Below the pieces are notes generated by a model that was not told where the DNA came from, did not search any database, and saw only the letters and a program-made list of their open reading frames with translations. Positions 32,600 through 42,061 of a DNA stretch of 64,000 nucleotides are shown one piece after another (the stretch's first letter is position 1; every line of letters starts with the position of its first letter). The DNA is taken from positions 194,581-258,580 of IMG/VR virus record IMGVR_UViG_3300005965_000002; one strand, 5' to 3'. Made by a program: the position numbers and the translations under genes.

Positions 32600-33829
32600 A
32601 TGGCATTTAGAACTAGAAAAGTAGCTGATTTCTCTACCCTTAATAAAGATGTTAATGTCCACGGCGAGAATGTCGTGTCCATTAAAGGGGGCTCTGTTGC
32701 TATCGGAGATACCTGGATACAGTTTAAAGGTACTAAAATTGATCTCCAGGATTTTGTAGAAAAGTATATAACCAATTCAAGAAGGTTGTTTAATCAGCGA
32801 TTTGGTGTGCTTTATGTATTGATAGCGATTAACGAGAAAGCACAGTTAGAAGTAATACCTAGTATATCGTATAACAAGACATCGACCGGTGATGTTAAAG
32901 TTTTTCCTAGTTTATCGAGTAAATTACCTATAATGGTAGTTAAGCTTACCCAAGATGGAAGCTACGGGTTAACCGGTATTAGTAGAATAACTGAAAGCGA
33001 TGTAGAACAGTACTTAGGGTATGGTAATTTTACTCTGAGGGGCCCTCAGGGAGAAACAGGGGGTCTTGGCAGTACCGGTTTTCAAGGACTTACCGGTTTT
33101 ATCGGAGCTACTGGTTATTCTGGTCCTACAGGGCTACAAGGAGAGACCGGAATTAATAGTTTTTCTGTAAAAGGGTATCCTGGAGTTAGAGGAGAGCAGG
33201 GGGAGAGCCTTCCAGCTTTTGAACCGACCAGATATGCGATTCCAGTAGCAAATTTTGTAGGTGCCCCTTTAAGCGGAGAAGCAAGTCTTTCTGTATCCTT
33301 TACCGATTTATCAAACGGAAATCCAACTTCCTGGCTATGGGATTTTGGGGATGGAAATACTTCTACTCAACAGAATCCGACTCATAGTTACGCTTCAGCT
33401 GGGACATATACTGTGTCTTTGGTAACTACGAGCCCAGCTGGTGAGGATCAAGAGATTAAATATGATTACATAACAGTTACCGAAGCATTAGCTGCTGATT
33501 TTGCGGTAACCCCCACAGAAGGTGACGAGAGAGTAACTACATTTAATTTTGATGGCAGTTTCTCAGCCGGAACGATAACTTCATATAGTTGGGATTTTGG
33601 AGATTCAATTTCTGCTACGGGAGAGACTGCGACCCATGTTTATAATGGGGTATCTGGTCAAATTACAGTATCCCTTACAGTAACGGGGCCTTCTGGCTCA
33701 GATACTGTATCAAAAACTATTACTGTGGACGGGTACATAATACAGAGCACAACAGATGACGATGAAGATACCTGGCAGGATACAGCGGATAGTTCAGAGG
33801 ATAATGTACAAAATTCATCGGAGGAATAA
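32600..33829 (+). CDS. Collagen-like protein with two PKD domains and an acidic tail
   Basis: Gly-X-Y run at 33041-33208; WLWDFGDG and YSWDFGDS. Confidence 0.85.
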   Translation: MAFRTRKVADFSTLNKDVNVHGENVVSIKGGSVAIGDTWIQFKGTKIDLQDFVEKYITNSRRLFNQRFGVLYVLIAINEKAQLEVIPSISYNKTSTGDVKVFPSLSSKLPIMVVKLTQDGSYGLTGISRITESDVEQYLGYGNFTLRGPQGETGGLGSTGFQGLTGFIGATGYSGPTGLQGETGINSFSVKGYPGVRGEQGESLPAFEPTRYAIPVANFVGAPLSGEASLSVSFTDLSNGNPTSWLWDFGDGNTSTQQNPTHSYASAGTYTVSLVTTSPAGEDQEIKYDYITVTEALAADFAVTPTEGDERVTTFNFDGSFSAGTITSYSWDFGDSISATGETATHVYNGVSGQITVSLTVTGPSGSDTVSKTITVDGYIIQSTTDDDEDTWQDTADSSEDNVQNSSEE

Positions 33830-35713
33830 ATGTCCAGCAATTCAACTGATAAACATATTTTGGCCATAACTGGGACGACCGCTCAGTTGTTCTGTGGCAC
33901 ACAAGCTCAGACTTTAAAAAGTCCTCAAATAGCAATAGAAACTACATCGGATATAAGACAATCCTTTGACTCTCGTCTGGTATTTAGAAATGCTTGTGGA
34001 TGGTTTAGGCACGGAGCTGTATTGGATGACCTGGACGCCAACAAAATGGTAGGCGGTCTTCATCGAGCAAGGAACCTGACACAGATAGAAGCTGATCTGG
34101 ATTACCCTGCTACTGGCTGGACTAGTTTAAGAGCATGTGGGATGCTAGCTTATGTGTGGGATGATGATAAGTATTATAAATTAGAGAGCGATCTTACAAC
34201 CTGGACAGAATTAAAATTCGATGTCACGCAACTTAATGACTTAAATGACGTTCAGATAAACTCTGTTGCTAAAAACCAGGTCTTGGTGTACGACACCGCT
34301 AACTCTAAATGGAATAACATAGCCTACTCCTTAGCTAATTTGCCGGATACTACTGTTAGTTCTCCTGCTGAAAATCATATATTAAAATATGATAGTAGCA
34401 CATCAAAATGGATCAATGCCGTCAACTCTTTGACTAATTTATCTGATACTAGTATCGGTTCTCCGTCAGGAGATCAGTACCTAAAGTTTAATGGTGGCTC
34501 TTCTAAGTGGGAAGCTGCTACTCTTAGTCTTAATCTTGATGATATAGCTGATGTAGATATTACATCGGTTGAAGATGGTAGCATGCTTTATTATGACGGT
34601 ACTAATAAAAGTAAATGGGTGAATACTACGACTTTAAGTATATCTTCGACAGGAAAATTGACTGTTAATTGTGACGATACCTTGTTTTGTGGAACTATAA
34701 CTTTATATAGGTCAGATGATCCCCATTACGGTCTTTTTATAAAAGATAATGTAACTTCTAGATATATAGACTTAAGTATTTCAGATTCTGACTATATGTA
34801 TTTCCGCGCTGTATCAGATTCCACTACTCAACCTATTATTAACTACGAATACGTCTTAAGCGACTCTACGTCCGATAGTGGTAGCGAACCCGCCCATTTA
34901 ATGGAATACTCTATATCTGGTGGGTCGAAAGTAGTTAACAGGGATTTATTAAGGATTGATAATGGTTCTGCGGGTTCTAAAGTTATACTCACTCGTTTGC
35001 GAGGAGATGGGGAGCTAAATTTAAATTTTTATGGTGACGCAGACTTTGGTGGACATACGGTAGGTAGAAAGATGCTTCATTTTCAGTTACACGATGATGG
35101 TTTTTCTAATCCAGCTATGTCTGCAGATGATAACCCACTAGAAAAAACTATAGGAATTATAAAACCTATTTACGATGACGTCATGTACGGATCTGGGCAC
35201 GGAGGGTTGAACATTACATCCTACAGTGATTCATCTATATCTATGATATTATGTGGTGTTTCACCATCGCCCCCTACTTATGACGGTTACCCTTCTAATA
35301 CTGAAGCCGTAGTAACCGTAGTGGCAGCCACTACTTCAGGGGGATCCTTAGCCTCTTTAGTGGCAGCCGATAATGCGTTCGCCGTGCTTAATAGAGACAG
35401 AGGATTACTGTTAGTAAAAGGAAATGGAGATTTAATTATTGATGGTTCTCAATCGTCCTATGACGCAGAAGACGATTTACAGTTAGTGGAAACTGCAAAA
35501 CTTACATTAGCCGGGATAACAGAGGGTGTCATTGATAAGTACAAAGAAAGACTTAATTCTCTGGGCATCATGCACGGTAACTTAATTAATGTACGTAAGA
35601 TGCACGCCCTGGAGTTAGGTGCGTTAGGTCAGATGATGAATATGGTCAGAGGTTTAGCGGAAAAAATAGGTGTCTCGGAAGACGAGCTTTTTGCCATGTC
35701 TAAAGTTTATTAA
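33830..35713 (+). CDS. Tail fibre / receptor-binding protein
   Basis: Four ~33-aa repeats LxxLxDxxIxS...LxYD...KWxN typical of fibre shafts; helical chaperone-like C-terminus. Confidence 0.75.
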   Translation: MSSNSTDKHILAITGTTAQLFCGTQAQTLKSPQIAIETTSDIRQSFDSRLVFRNACGWFRHGAVLDDLDANKMVGGLHRARNLTQIEADLDYPATGWTSLRACGMLAYVWDDDKYYKLESDLTTWTELKFDVTQLNDLNDVQINSVAKNQVLVYDTANSKWNNIAYSLANLPDTTVSSPAENHILKYDSSTSKWINAVNSLTNLSDTSIGSPSGDQYLKFNGGSSKWEAATLSLNLDDIADVDITSVEDGSMLYYDGTNKSKWVNTTTLSISSTGKLTVNCDDTLFCGTITLYRSDDPHYGLFIKDNVTSRYIDLSISDSDYMYFRAVSDSTTQPIINYEYVLSDSTSDSGSEPAHLMEYSISGGSKVVNRDLLRIDNGSAGSKVILTRLRGDGELNLNFYGDADFGGHTVGRKMLHFQLHDDGFSNPAMSADDNPLEKTIGIIKPIYDDVMYGSGHGGLNITSYSDSSISMILCGVSPSPPTYDGYPSNTEAVVTVVAATTSGGSLASLVAADNAFAVLNRDRGLLLVKGNGDLIIDGSQSSYDAEDDLQLVETAKLTLAGITEGVIDKYKERLNSLGIMHGNLINVRKMHALELGALGQMMNMVRGLAEKIGVSEDELFAMSKVY

Positions 35714-35718
35714 TAATT

Positions 35719-38700
35719 ATGAGAAATATTAGTCAAATATCAAATCAAGATAGAGTCGGTGAAAGTAGAACCGATACTGGGATCGAGTTTCAAAAGAACC
35801 TTCGTGAGGTAACTAATAATATCCAAGCGAGGCTGCTGAGAAATCTACCTAGTAATTATCCCCGGACTACAAACACCAATCTTGCTTTACTGTATAAAGC
35901 TATAGCTGAGGAAATAGCGCGTCTACAGGTTAGCCTTTCTAATATTAACTTAGATCAATACCACGAAGGTACAAGAACCAAGTACCTTTATCAGATACTC
36001 GGGGATTTGCTGTTTTTGGGTGAAAGATCCATAAATGAGAAGCTAACTGATGTAGAATACAGAGAGTATCTTTTAAAAATACGTAATGCATACCTTGGCG
36101 GTAGCGGTAAGGATAATTTAGAATCATCTGTATCCGAAATTTTAGGTCTTCCCGTAAAATTGAAAGAGTTGTATCTTGAGCTGCGTAAGCCAGACACAGT
36201 GTACAACCTAAAGGATACAAACAAAATCTTCTTTGATATATTAATGGATTCAGTTTCCGCCAGTTCCAACATCGGAGACTTGTTAGAAGATTTGAATTTC
36301 TTTATTAGCCTTATCAGACCGGCTCATGTTTTGTATGACACTAGGTTGATATGGACTGACGAATTTAAAAATAACGATCAAAAATGTACCTTTGAGTACG
36401 TTACTAACCCTATTGCAGAAACTGTTTACGACACAGAAATAGCTTATGTAGTAACGTACGATTTAAAGAAGCTATATAAGTTAGAGAGCTCGGGAAGCGG
36501 CAGCGGTTACGGAGTGATAACAAAAATAGAAGGCGATACTGAAAAAATCATATTAGAAGATGGTAAAGTATTAATATACAGTTCTGATACCGATTACTTT
36601 GAGAAAGATGGGAGTGAAGTAAGCAGTGCTTCTTTAAGTGATTTTTCCGTCGGGGATCCTGTAGAATATTCTGCTACTAAAGATTCTTCTTCAAATTCCT
36701 CAGTTATTAAATCTGATTGGTCCTACTCCGGTACGATCTCTGATATTGATGAATCGCTATCAATAATTACTTTATCCGATAACTCTAAAATTGTATATAA
36801 CTCTGATACATTGTTCTATACCAGGGATGGAAACGGAGAATATAGAACATTCTTTTCTACTATAGAAATCGGTGACGAACTTGTATTTAAGGCAGAGAAA
36901 TTTACATCGGAGTTTACCTTCTACAACACTCCTGAAGAAGTAAAAGATAATTATTACGCCCAGTTTGACCGCACAGTTAGATCTAAGCCTTACTTTCAGG
37001 AGAATGTAAAGAAGAAGCTAAAAACCATCAATAATCTTTCTGAAGGTTATCATGTAATAAATGAGAATGGTGTAGCTAAGGTAGTAAAAGTAGATGGAAG
37101 CTTTTACAAGTTTTTAAACGAGAAGTACTATAAAGAGATTTCAGTAACTCGGTTTGATCTTTTCATAGACGGGGTTTTTAAGCAAGAGCTAGAGTATGAG
37201 GAACCGGAGATTGTACCAAGCTTATCAGAGATAAAAAGCATCTTCATAGATGTATACGGTTATACTGAGATAATAGAGCCTGATTCGAATTGGGAAATTA
37301 AAAAGACTACCACTAAGAAGTATAAAGAGGCGCAGGATGGCGGCTCTTTGATGACTACTTCTGACGATAGTATGCATTTATGCGACAGAAAGGGGTCATG
37401 TTACCTTACCCCCTTCTATGAAGATACAAGAAAATATTTCACCTGGCCAAGTCTACAGCTAATATCAGGATTTATAAAAATAGATTACGATACCGATGAA
37501 GACGGAGATAATGCTGAGGATAAATTAATAGATGGTTATTCTGAAGACACCACTGGAAAAAGTACACCTGCTTATTTTAATATTTCTTCAGACCCCAACT
37601 CTTATTCCATGCCCTCATTGCCAATGTTCAGTGCAGAGGGGGATCTAGCTGAAGCATCAGATCTAGTAGTTTACTTAGATGGGCTAAAGGTAGATAACGC
37701 AATATCCTCTGTAGACCCCTGGACTGGGGAGGTGACATTAAATTTTCTCCCGCCATATTATACGACATTACGTATAGACTATTATTACGCAAAAAGATAT
37801 CCGAACCCAGTACAATACCGGGAAGAATTTAAAACCGATATTGTTGATGATGAGGAAAATGTAGGTGGTGAATTTTCCATTATACCTCAGAATGGAGTGG
37901 TAAAGAGGCTTTATTGGCCGTACGAGATATCGGATCCATTAATGTATGGTGACTCTAGGGATTACAATGTAAATTTGTTTCCTATACTAAATCGAGAGGG
38001 ACATTTAGCTGATGTTGATGATATTAAGGTATCGGTGGGGTATACGGTAGTTGCAGGGACACTAGAAGCCGATGAAGGTAGTTCTTCTTTAACTTCTACA
38101 GAAACTAATTGGGATGAAGTCCAAGATAATGATACAGTAATTATCGAGGCCCCTAATTATTTAGATCAAGAGATAATCTATAATATTAATTCTGTAGAAT
38201 CTAGTGAAGAAATAACTATTGATGCTAATTTTGGTGTAGACTCGGGGACTTATTCGTACAAAATTATACGATATGTAACAGTAGAAAACGCAGTAGAATC
38301 AGTAAGGCCTTTATTGGGTCATGTTAGGATTAACTTTTTACCACCTTCTGGGTCAATAATAAAGTTTGATTACTACTATACGCACTTTGAAAGAAAGTAT
38401 AGATTTGTCCCTGATTTTGTAGATGCTTTTTCAAGAACTACAGATACCGCTTGGGTATATAATGGATCAGGGTATCTACTAGATGCCTTTTATGGTCCTA
38501 GGTTTGGCTATAGCCATATCTATGACCAAGGGGTTACTGGTATACAAGAGCCAGTCATTGACTTTGAAAAAATTAAAAAAATAGGATATCGGTATAGAGC
38601 TTTCATGCTTTCCGAAAGCTCTGTGCTTAATTCCCCTGAGACTCTTATTCTCGATGGTTATGAAAAGTATGGCACGCAGGCCTCTTTAAAGTCCAATAGA

Positions 38701-40422
38701 AATTTATTAGATCAGTACGGGCTCACTTTTAGTCCTGAATATCTATTGGACAAAGATAAGAATGTCATTCTTAATGATAAATATTTGGAAAAAGAATTAC
38801 CTGCAAATACTGTGCTGTATGAGGGCACTCCTCTTTTTATAGAAACATTCACAGATGACGGGCATTATAAGAGATTTATACTCCCTGATGGAGAAGATAC
38901 TTATGAGGAGGCTGATGAATACACTCACGACCTTAAGGCTGGATTTAGTATTATAGATCCAGATCAATCAGGATTCATCGATGAAAACCCTATTTGCGAA
39001 TATGATAAAAACGAAAAACTGAATTTTTATTCTGACCTCAAGATAGTTGAGTTTGATAATGGGGGCTATGACGCACATCTGGCATCCATTTCAGAAGGTA
39101 GCAGATCTCTACCTTTCTCTTTTTCATATGTGGATATCTATTATCCTAATAGAGAGCTCAGAATTAACGATTATCTGGATTATATAAATCTGCTTCCTTC
39201 AGAAATTGAGACAGGTAGAGCCCAGACATTAAACGGATCTAAGACCATCAAAGCCATAGATAAAAATTGGCTTACTCTCCATAGAGGTGATGCAATCACT
39301 TTTAAGGAAGTACCCATAACTGAATGGGATGATGATTCCAAAGAATACGTGACCACATATGAGGATGTAGTATATACTGTAGTTGAGATCATCGATTATC
39401 AAACAGTAAGGCTGCACACCAGTTTTAAACATAAAACGGGACGCTATGATTATCAGATAGTTAGAGATTCTGTGATTGCTGTGGACGTGTTGCTGCCGGG
39501 CGGTAACTATGTAGTGAATAACGGCGTAACAGGTAAGGTTGGAAATCTAAATAGAGAGCTCGTATTTAAAGAATCTACTGGGTTTGGCTATGGCTTACCA
39601 GAGTCCGTACTAAAAAATTTACCTGGATATTCAGGTGCTGGTTTTTCCTTGAATTTTCCGGATCCTGACCCCGATCCTTATCCTCGTAGCCCAGACAACC
39701 CTTATATTACAGGTTTACCCGCAGGATCTGAGCTATTAAGCTCTGAGATTATTAAATGGGATGGAAGTTCAGTCTATAATGTAACAGGTTCTCTGTCAGG
39801 ATTCACAGGACCAAGTGGGGCTGTTGATCTCGGTTTGACTGGTCCTACGGGATCTTATAACCCCCTAATAGTAACCGACGATGACAAATATTTTGTCCCA
39901 AGTGCTGTAACTGGTACATACGCCTCCTATAGTGAAGCAGAATACAGGGTACAATGGAGAGATTGGGATCAGGACTTAGTGCTTATTTCTTTTGGCGGGG
40001 GGACTGGTGCTGGTGGAGAAACCTCTCCTAGTGGTATTTTATTAGAAGATCCTATTAACATGACCGATGATATAGGGGACAGTATAAGAAGAAGTTATTG
40101 GGATCCTAATAAGTATAGAGCTGGAGAAACAGGTATTATTCATAATTACTATTTTGGAACATTATTAGAGATGTCTGAAGACGAGGACTCTACTGTAGAT
40201 ACTACTTTAAATACGGACGCTCTCATAGCGTTAGATAGCAATGAGGCTATGTATTTAGATTATCTCTATTTAAATGACCCCTATACTGGAATTAATAACG
40301 CCGTATCTGCTTTAAATTTAAATAGCGATACATATCCTCTCTATACTAGGTTCGTAAGAGAAATATTACACGATAACTCCCTTAAGGTCACAGAAATTAA
40401 AGAGTTCGGTAGAACGAGCTAA
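35719..40422 (+). CDS. Large baseplate wedge protein (P2 gpI-like N-terminus) with many appended modules
   Basis: LLRNLPSNYP...LYQILG...EYREYLLKIRNAYLGGS...LIRPAHVLY resembles gpI-type wedge proteins; internal duplicated modules. Confidence 0.65.
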   Translation: MRNISQISNQDRVGESRTDTGIEFQKNLREVTNNIQARLLRNLPSNYPRTTNTNLALLYKAIAEEIARLQVSLSNINLDQYHEGTRTKYLYQILGDLLFLGERSINEKLTDVEYREYLLKIRNAYLGGSGKDNLESSVSEILGLPVKLKELYLELRKPDTVYNLKDTNKIFFDILMDSVSASSNIGDLLEDLNFFISLIRPAHVLYDTRLIWTDEFKNNDQKCTFEYVTNPIAETVYDTEIAYVVTYDLKKLYKLESSGSGSGYGVITKIEGDTEKIILEDGKVLIYSSDTDYFEKDGSEVSSASLSDFSVGDPVEYSATKDSSSNSSVIKSDWSYSGTISDIDESLSIITLSDNSKIVYNSDTLFYTRDGNGEYRTFFSTIEIGDELVFKAEKFTSEFTFYNTPEEVKDNYYAQFDRTVRSKPYFQENVKKKLKTINNLSEGYHVINENGVAKVVKVDGSFYKFLNEKYYKEISVTRFDLFIDGVFKQELEYEEPEIVPSLSEIKSIFIDVYGYTEIIEPDSNWEIKKTTTKKYKEAQDGGSLMTTSDDSMHLCDRKGSCYLTPFYEDTRKYFTWPSLQLISGFIKIDYDTDEDGDNAEDKLIDGYSEDTTGKSTPAYFNISSDPNSYSMPSLPMFSAEGDLAEASDLVVYLDGLKVDNAISSVDPWTGEVTLNFLPPYYTTLRIDYYYAKRYPNPVQYREEFKTDIVDDEENVGGEFSIIPQNGVVKRLYWPYEISDPLMYGDSRDYNVNLFPILNREGHLADVDDIKVSVGYTVVAGTLEADEGSSSLTSTETNWDEVQDNDTVIIEAPNYLDQEIIYNINSVESSEEITIDANFGVDSGTYSYKIIRYVTVENAVESVRPLLGHVRINFLPPSGSIIKFDYYYTHFERKYRFVPDFVDAFSRTTDTAWVYNGSGYLLDAFYGPRFGYSHIYDQGVTGIQEPVIDFEKIKKIGYRYRAFMLSESSVLNSPETLILDGYEKYGTQASLKSNRNLLDQYGLTFSPEYLLDKDKNVILNDKYLEKELPANTVLYEGTPLFIETFTDDGHYKRFILPDGEDTYEEADEYTHDLKAGFSIIDPDQSGFIDENPICEYDKNEKLNFYSDLKIVEFDNGGYDAHLASISEGSRSLPFSFSYVDIYYPNRELRINDYLDYINLLPSEIETGRAQTLNGSKTIKAIDKNWLTLHRGDAITFKEVPITEWDDDSKEYVTTYEDVVYTVVEIIDYQTVRLHTSFKHKTGRYDYQIVRDSVIAVDVLLPGGNYVVNNGVTGKVGNLNRELVFKESTGFGYGLPESVLKNLPGYSGAGFSLNFPDPDPDPYPRSPDNPYITGLPAGSELLSSEIIKWDGSSVYNVTGSLSGFTGPSGAVDLGLTGPTGSYNPLIVTDDDKYFVPSAVTGTYASYSEAEYRVQWRDWDQDLVLISFGGGTGAGGETSPSGILLEDPINMTDDIGDSIRRSYWDPNKYRAGETGIIHNYYFGTLLEMSEDEDSTVDTTLNTDALIALDSNEAMYLDYLYLNDPYTGINNAVSALNLNSDTYPLYTRFVREILHDNSLKVTEIKEFGRTS

Positions 40423-40434
40423 TAATCTATTAAT
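40420..40434 (+). promoter_or_regulatory. Candidate late promoter TAATAATCTATTAAT
   Basis: Recurrent motif, followed by an 8-bp hairpin (40446-40466) and GAGGAG RBS. Confidence 0.55.
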
Positions 40435-40494
40435 CAAAAGTACATATATAGAGTGTATCTCTATATCTAAATTAAAATTTAAGTGAGGAGCATC

Positions 40495-41076
40495 ATGGCC
40501 CTGTTTAAAGAGATTTTAAAGAAAACCAAGCCACTAGGAATGTTGTTTGGTTCGGCGTTGCGTTACCAAGAGGAAGGTCCCAAGGTGAAGGGTCATCTTA
40601 CTATACATTTGTATGAGGGTGGCAAAGAGATCTATTCATATGAAAAGCACAATATTATTGTGAATAGTGCTTCTATTCTTATTGCTCAATTGTTAAAAGA
40701 TAATACAGAACCCGATAACGGGATTTCTTATCTTGGGGTCGGCAGCGGATCTGGTGGTTGGGACCCTTTTGACCCACCCGCCCCTACTACCTCTCAGACT
40801 CAATTAGAGAATGAGTTCTCAAGAAAATCTATTGATTTAAAGAGCTTTGTAGATCCTGACACTGGAGAGCCCACAACAACTCCTACGAATATAGTCGATT
40901 ATTCGGTCACATTTGGGGAAGCTGAAGCCGTAGGTCCTATTATGGAGCTTGCTTTATTCGGTGGTGACGCTACATCTTCTTTGAATTCGGGGACAATGGT
41001 AAATTGGAGAACCTTCCCGGTGATCAATAAGACAAACTCTATGATCATGACTATTATTTTTAGAATTACTTCATAA
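40495..41076 (+). CDS. Baseplate/tail-fibre attachment protein (fibre N-terminal-like domain)
   Basis: HNIIVN...ISYLGVGSG...TQLENEFSRK...TFGEAEAVGPIMELALF pattern; ATG at 40495 follows GAGGAG. Confidence 0.7.
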   Translation: MALFKEILKKTKPLGMLFGSALRYQEEGPKVKGHLTIHLYEGGKEIYSYEKHNIIVNSASILIAQLLKDNTEPDNGISYLGVGSGSGGWDPFDPPAPTTSQTQLENEFSRKSIDLKSFVDPDTGEPTTTPTNIVDYSVTFGEAEAVGPIMELALFGGDATSSLNSGTMVNWRTFPVINKTNSMIMTIIFRITS

Positions 41077-41077
41077 T

Positions 41078-42049
41078 ATGAAGCATTTACTTAAAAAGAT
41101 ATCATATAGTAGGTCCAAGGTAATAGGGCATGTTAAGATAAAGGATGATAGCTTAGCTATCCTATCGGAAAACAGCTCTGTACGGTATATTCTGAATGGT
41201 TGCGAGGTGTTTACCGGGCCTTTAAGAGAAGCATCCAAGGACGTAAACACCTCTGTCATAGCAAGTTTAGTGGCGGTTCTAAAGAGTGATGACGATAGCA
41301 AATTAAGTTTTTATTCGGGGGACTGGAAGAGCGCCCCCGATCATTATTTAGAAAAGACAGTAAACTATATAAAGGCCTCTATAGATGAAAATAAATTTTC
41401 TGTCTATAAAAAAGCTACTGATGCTAAGAACATGGAAAAGGCGCTAAATATTGACGTAGCTATGCCGACAGATATTCAGGAGGCGGATAAGGTAATAAAA
41501 AACAACACGGTAGTACTGTGCTCTATAATGAGAGATGCTATGCGCGTGTTGCAGAAAGCCTTGGATCATGGTACCCTTTTATGTAGGAAAAAATTGGTAC
41601 CAAGCATGTGGGGGGCAAAAGATACTCAAAAGTTTATTAATGAGATCAAATATCAAATTATCGATAATAAGTGTCTTTGGTCACAAATGGAAATTCTTTA
41701 TGTAACCATGACAAAGGCCGTCAATAGGTTAGTAATAAAACTGAATGAGAATTTAAAAGAAAATGCTCAATTTATTACTGAAGTAATTATTCCTGATATC
41801 ATAAAATGCTACGAGGATATGAAAACAATTATAGTAAAAGCGGTAACGATACTCACTCCTCTTATTTACGTTGATGACATTTTTCATAAGAACACCACAT
41901 ATCCCGCTACTTGGTTTTTTACGGAAGAAGTATTAGACGGGTTACGGGAAGAGTATAACAAGCTAATAAAGTTCTTGACCCAAATACCTGTTATTGAGAC
42001 TAAAGTAATCTACCCGTTAGATTTTTATAAACTTCAGATATCCTATTAA
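41078..42049 (+). CDS. Hypothetical protein
   Basis: 323-aa ORF tightly packed between structural genes; no recognisable motif. Confidence 0.6.
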   Translation: MKHLLKKISYSRSKVIGHVKIKDDSLAILSENSSVRYILNGCEVFTGPLREASKDVNTSVIASLVAVLKSDDDSKLSFYSGDWKSAPDHYLEKTVNYIKASIDENKFSVYKKATDAKNMEKALNIDVAMPTDIQEADKVIKNNTVVLCSIMRDAMRVLQKALDHGTLLCRKKLVPSMWGAKDTQKFINEIKYQIIDNKCLWSQMEILYVTMTKAVNRLVIKLNENLKENAQFITEVIIPDIIKCYEDMKTIIVKAVTILTPLIYVDDIFHKNTTYPATWFFTEEVLDGLREEYNKLIKFLTQIPVIETKVIYPLDFYKLQISY

Positions 42050-42061
42050 TAGGAAATCCTA

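Noticed and set aside
42041-42054. 14-bp palindrome TCCTATTAATAGGA as late promoter or terminator
   Set aside because: Only a partial match to the late motif, and explained by a stop codon plus RBS in AT-rich DNA.
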